64,000 bases of DNA from Candidatus Krumholzibacteriia bacterium. GTDB lineage: Bacteria > Krumholzibacteriota > Krumholzibacteriia > Krumholzibacteriales > Krumholzibacteriaceae. The notes under the pieces are model-generated. The model was not told the DNA's origin. It made no database searches and saw nothing but the letters and a program-made list of their open reading frames with translations. The stretch spans positions 1,856,001-1,920,000 of the forward strand of contig CAWIIQ010000001.1 in assembly GCA_963836185.1 (NCBI GenBank), given 5' to 3'. A program made the position numbers and the translations under genes. Shown in pieces: positions 60,475 through 64,000 of the stretch (positions are counted from its first letter, which is position 1; each line of letters opens with the position of its first letter).

Positions 60475-61147
60475 CCGGCAGGTCGGGCATGCCCTCGTAC
60501 CTGACCACATTATCCGGCATTCCACAGTAGACGAAGCTGTTGTTCATATGATCGCGTTCATCGAGGCCGATACGCATGAAAACATCAGCCCATGTATGAA
60601 GCGTGCCTGTATCGTCAACGACCGGATTGTTCACCGGCTGATCGGCCCACTCGGGATGATCCTCGACGAATTTCGCGTAGACATGCTCGGCATGGTCCTC
60701 GAACTCGGCGTTGAAGAGGAAAGCCCTGCGGATATTGCATACAGCCATCAACCGCGTCATGATCACGTAACCAGTCACCATGACCCAGGGAATCAGCGGC
60801 ATGAGATACCAGGGATCTTTCAATCCTTCTTCCTTCATCTTCTCGTTGATCGCCAGCAGGTGCCAGTACTCGTTGTCCTGAGCAGCTCTTCCCCACTCCT
60901 TGATGCCGTCTGCGTACCTGACCCTGTCAAGATCCCTATATATCCTTGTCAGCCTGGTATACTGCCGTATCTCCCACGACCTGTACGGGATGCTGGCAAG
61001 CGTCTCGATAAGTTTGGTCTTCGCTAGGGTTGTCTTTTTACCGGTGACCATATCCATAAGGCCGAAGAAGATCTTCGCCGCCAGGGAATACCGGTACCTC
61101 GGCCTGCCAAGACTCACCTGCTGTTCTTTCTTAAGGTCTATCTGCAT
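60446..61147 (-). CDS. alternative oxidase/PTOX-like diiron carboxylate protein
   Basis: IETLASIPY, NEYWH, EFEDHAEHVY and IGLDERDH; GGAGG SD. Confidence 0.72.
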   Translation of the reverse strand: MQIDLKKEQQVSLGRPRYRYSLAAKIFFGLMDMVTGKKTTLAKTKLIETLASIPYRSWEIRQYTRLTRIYRDLDRVRYADGIKEWGRAAQDNEYWHLLAINEKMKEEGLKDPWYLMPLIPWVMVTGYVIMTRLMAVCNIRRAFLFNAEFEDHAEHVYAKFVEDHPEWADQPVNNPVVDDTGTLHTWADVFMRIGLDERDHMNNSFVYCGMPDNVVRYEGMPDLPVSSPGEGVR

Positions 61148-61212
61148 ATTGAAGCCTCCTGTGGGCAGAAATGTACATAATTTCCATCAATATTTCACTT
61201 AAAATTGTTCTT

Positions 61213-61248
61213 AAATAAAAAATGCGCTGTTTCAAAAACACAGCGCAT
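61213..61248 (-). terminator. intrinsic terminator after the acid phosphatase gene
   Basis: atgcgctgt/acagcgcat stem followed by TTTTTATTT on the - strand. Confidence 0.7.
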
Positions 61249-61272
61249 CTTATTCTCAAGTCAGCAAGTGCC

Positions 61273-62052
61273 TTATTTACTCATCGCTGCGACTTCTTTC
61301 TTCGCATGCTGCAAATCAGCGAGAAAGCCTGGGTCGGCATGAAGCCGGGCTACGGTCGCAGCCCCCATGAACCTTCCCTCGTTCACGTCACTCTGCCAGT
61401 GTACATTGCAGACTACTCGGCTTTCACCGAACTCCCTCCCCCTGGCAAGGATGTCGTCAGCGTGCTCAGGGAAGATCTCGCACAGGATCAAGGCCCATGC
61501 CCAGCCGATCGCCGTATGGCCCGAAGGATAGGAGCCATCCCCTCGCAGGAGCTCTTCGCCATCCGGTGTACAGATCGGCTTTCCATTCATCATGAACGGG
61601 CGCTTACGCGCGTAATGATTTTTCGCGGTATAGGTCGAGAGCCCCGCATCAGTGAGACTCCGGCGAAGAAGCATGTAAAGATATGGCGTCACCTCCTCGG
61701 TGATCGACATGCCGATGACTTCTGAAAAAGCTTCGGCAGCTGCAGGGAAATGAAGTTCGGCGTCCCTGAACGCAAGCTCCCATCGAGGCGTGTCCTGAAA
61801 TTCCAGGGACAAACTGCTCATCTCCATATCCAGTGCGAATGCGGCCGACCCCTCGAGCGGAGGAGGCGGTATCAGCCCGAGGGCGTTGGGCAGGGTCTCT
61901 TCAGCAAGATACCCCTTCAATAACCCGGGGCGGATCTCTTCGACAGGAGCCGGTCCGCTTTCCTTTTCAGCAAGCGAACATCCGCCGATGACAGAAAAGC
62001 TGGCCAACAGGAATAATCCGAGTGTCAGGTTACCGTATATGTTCCTTTTCAT
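61273..62052 (-). CDS. class A nonspecific acid phosphatase (PAP2, PhoN/PhoC-like), lipoprotein
   Basis: IGG|C lipobox; KxxxxxxRP, SYPSGH and SRVVCNVHWQSD. Confidence 0.9.
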   Translation of the reverse strand: MKRNIYGNLTLGLFLLASFSVIGGCSLAEKESGPAPVEEIRPGLLKGYLAEETLPNALGLIPPPPLEGSAAFALDMEMSSLSLEFQDTPRWELAFRDAELHFPAAAEAFSEVIGMSITEEVTPYLYMLLRRSLTDAGLSTYTAKNHYARKRPFMMNGKPICTPDGEELLRGDGSYPSGHTAIGWAWALILCEIFPEHADDILARGREFGESRVVCNVHWQSDVNEGRFMGAATVARLHADPGFLADLQHAKKEVAAMSK

Positions 62053-62081
62053 TTTCTCACCTTTCAAGCTGAGGTTAAGGA

Positions 62082-64000
62082 TCACTTGCCTCGCTGACTG
62101 GGCTTCTTCCACGTTCTTTTTCTCTCGAATATCGTATAGACCACCGGAATAAGTACCAGGGTGATCAGTGACGAGCTGAGGAGCCCGCCGATCACGACGC
62201 GAGCGAGCGGAGCCTGAGCCTCGCCTCCCTCTCCGAAGCCTATGGCGAGGGGCAGAAGGCCGAGGACGGTGGTCATAGTGGTCATGAGAATAGGGCGCAG
62301 CCTGTCGGAACCTGCCTGCCTGACCGCGGCGACAAGTTCCATCCCGCCTTCCCGGCGGAGCTGGTTCGTATGATGGACGAGCAGGATGGCGTTGTTCACC
62401 ACGACACCGGTCATGATAATACAGCCTATGTAGGCCTGCATGCTGAAGGTCGTGCCTGTCAGGATCATCGTCAGCACGACGCCGATGATCGCCATGGGGA
62501 TGGAGAAGAGGACCACGAACGGATCCCGGAACGATTCGAACTGCCCCGCCATCACCATGTAGACAAGGAAGATGGCCAGGATGATTCCTACGAACAGTTC
62601 CCTGAATGCCTTCTGCTGTTCCTCGTAATCACCGCCGAACAGGATAGCGAAGTCCTTCGGTATGGGAATATGACGGATCTGTTCGCGGATCTCCTCTATC
62701 ACCGTTCCCATATCCTTGCCGGTAAAATTCACTTCGATCTGGATTATTCGTTCCTGATCCTTACGTTCGATCCGTACCGGCCCTTCCTCCCGGACTGTTT
62801 CCACGACATTACGCAGGACGACCGGTTCACCACGGTCATTTACGACAGTGAGGTCGAGCAGCTCCGCCAGGTTCATCCTGTCCTCTTCGCTGAGCCGTAC
62901 GATGACCGGGTGCTGCTTGCCCCCTTCACGGAAGAATGTCGCTCGTTTTCCGCCGACCGCCGTCTCGAGCGCGTCCCCGATACGCGATACTCCCAGGCTG
63001 AGATCGGCCGCCTTGTTCCTGTCGATCCGGATGATCTGCTCGGGGCTCCCTTCCTCCCTGCTGATCCTCGTATCGGTTACGCTGGGGATCGCCTTGACCG
63101 CCTCGTTGATACGCTGGGCAAGCAGGTGAGCGGTCTCCAGGTCGTATCCGCGGACCTCCAGGTTGATCTCGCTCTCTGACGAAGCTCCCATGCGTAAAAT
63201 GAACAGCCCCTGGCCGGCGCGGGTCCTGCAGGTCACTCCGGGAAGGGTGCCGAGCAGCGAGCGAAGATCGTTTGCGACCTGTTCGCTGCTGCGCTTGCGC
63301 TCTCGCCGCGGAACGAGGGTTATCCTTACCTGCGCCGTATGGCCGCCGCGCGCCCTCCATCCCCCGCTACCGACGTAGGAAAGCACCGAAACAGCCTCCG
63401 GCACGTTCTTCTTGACGATCTCCTCGACCGTGCGTGTGGTCTGGTCAACTACCTCGAGCCTCGTGCCCACCGCCATCTCGAGACTTATCCTGACCTCGCC
63501 CTCATCGGTGGCAGGCATCAGTTCAACGCCGATCAGACGGATCAGCAGGATCGAGATGACGAGCAGCGCGCCGGCAGTGATCAATATAGTCTTCTTGTGA
63601 TCAAGGGCCCAGGCGAGCAGCAGTGAGTACTGCCCCTGTACTCGCTGAAAGAGAGCCTCGCTCGAGGCATAGATCCGGTGGACCCGGCTTTCGTCCTTGT
63701 AATGCTGCGCCGACTGGAACCTGAGGAACCGCGAGGCCAGCATCGGTATCAGTGTGAGCGCGACGATAAGGGAACAGAGCAGCGAAAAACTCACCACGTA
63801 GGCCATCTGCCTGAACATGATCCCCGACATACCGCGGATAAACACAACGGGGATGAATACGGCGAGCGTCGTCATCGTACTTGCCAGTATCGCCGACCAG
63901 ACCTCGGAAGTGCCGTCGAGGGCGCTTGCCACGTACGATTTTCCCGATTCACGGTGCCGATAGATGTTCTCGAGCACCACGATCGCGTTGTCCACGAGCA
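62082..64000 (-). CDS. RND efflux permease, AcrB/MdtB family (5' part outside the window)
   Basis: VDNAIVVLENI, ASTMTTLAVFIP, GVVVNNAILL, RLRPILMT and PLARVVIGGL. Confidence 0.93.
   Translation of the reverse strand, partial: LVDNAIVVLENIYRHRESGKSYVASALDGTSEVWSAILASTMTTLAVFIPVVFIRGMSGIMFRQMAYVVSFSLLCSLIVALTLIPMLASRFLRFQSAQHYKDESRVHRIYASSEALFQRVQGQYSLLLAWALDHKKTILITAGALLVISILLIRLIGVELMPATDEGEVRISLEMAVGTRLEVVDQTTRTVEEIVKKNVPEAVSVLSYVGSGGWRARGGHTAQVRITLVPRRERKRSSEQVANDLRSLLGTLPGVTCRTRAGQGLFILRMGASSESEINLEVRGYDLETAHLLAQRINEAVKAIPSVTDTRISREEGSPEQIIRIDRNKAADLSLGVSRIGDALETAVGGKRATFFREGGKQHPVIVRLSEEDRMNLAELLDLTVVNDRGEPVVLRNVVETVREEGPVRIERKDQERIIQIEVNFTGKDMGTVIEEIREQIRHIPIPKDFAILFGGDYEEQQKAFRELFVGIILAIFLVYMVMAGQFESFRDPFVVLFSIPMAIIGVVLTMILTGTTFSMQAYIGCIIMTGVVVNNAILLVHHTNQLRREGGMELVAAVRQAGSDRLRPILMTTMTTVLGLLPLAIGFGEGGEAQAPLARVVIGGLLSSSLITLVLIPVVYTIFERKRTWKKPSQRGK

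Noticed and set aside
1-64000. Mobile elements, prophage, rRNA/tRNA genes
   Set aside because: No integrase, transposase or phage protein motifs, terminal inverted repeats or RNA gene signatures were recognised by eye; a tRNAscan/Infernal run would be needed to exclude them fully.

Overview
This is a GC-rich chromosomal segment of a diderm, LPS-making and probably anaerobic bacterium. The gene content is compatible with an FCB-group lineage such as Krumholzibacteriota/Latescibacterota, but that is inference only. I found no rRNA, tRNA, CRISPR array, integrase or transposase. Left part (- strand): fabG(partial)-fabD-fabH-plsX-rpmF-yceD-ndk-sucD-sucC, a COG2403 P-loop protein resembling arginine synthetase ArcE, and rfaE2/rfaE1, with a 42-bp tandem repeat between yceD and rpmF. 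11.0-22.1 kb (+): a complete Mrp-type MBX/MBS (membrane-bound sulfane-sulfur reductase-like) operon, in which the two antiporter-like subunits are fused, the last Fe-S subunit is fused to a GltD/NfnL-type flavoprotein, and a ferritin-like gene follows. Middle: secreted lipoproteins, lpxL, DUF362, dprA, BlaI/M56-TPR, mnmA, an uncharacterised 'RQGEWFF' protein behind a ~280-nt structured leader with a short uORF, a lipoprotein glycogen-debranching enzyme, a sugar ABC ATPase, a beta-propeller lipoprotein, an MFS-spermidine synthase fusion and an S1 protease. Right part: two Cys-less thiolase-fold genes with two DUF35 genes, a GT4-CapA-GT4-CapK polysaccharide cluster, a PTOX/AOX-like diiron protein, a class A acid phosphatase and a partial RND permease. 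About 11 frameshifts in 10 genes are each repaired by removing one base, which points to sequencing insertion errors rather than pseudogenes. All family assignments come from motif recognition, not database searches.
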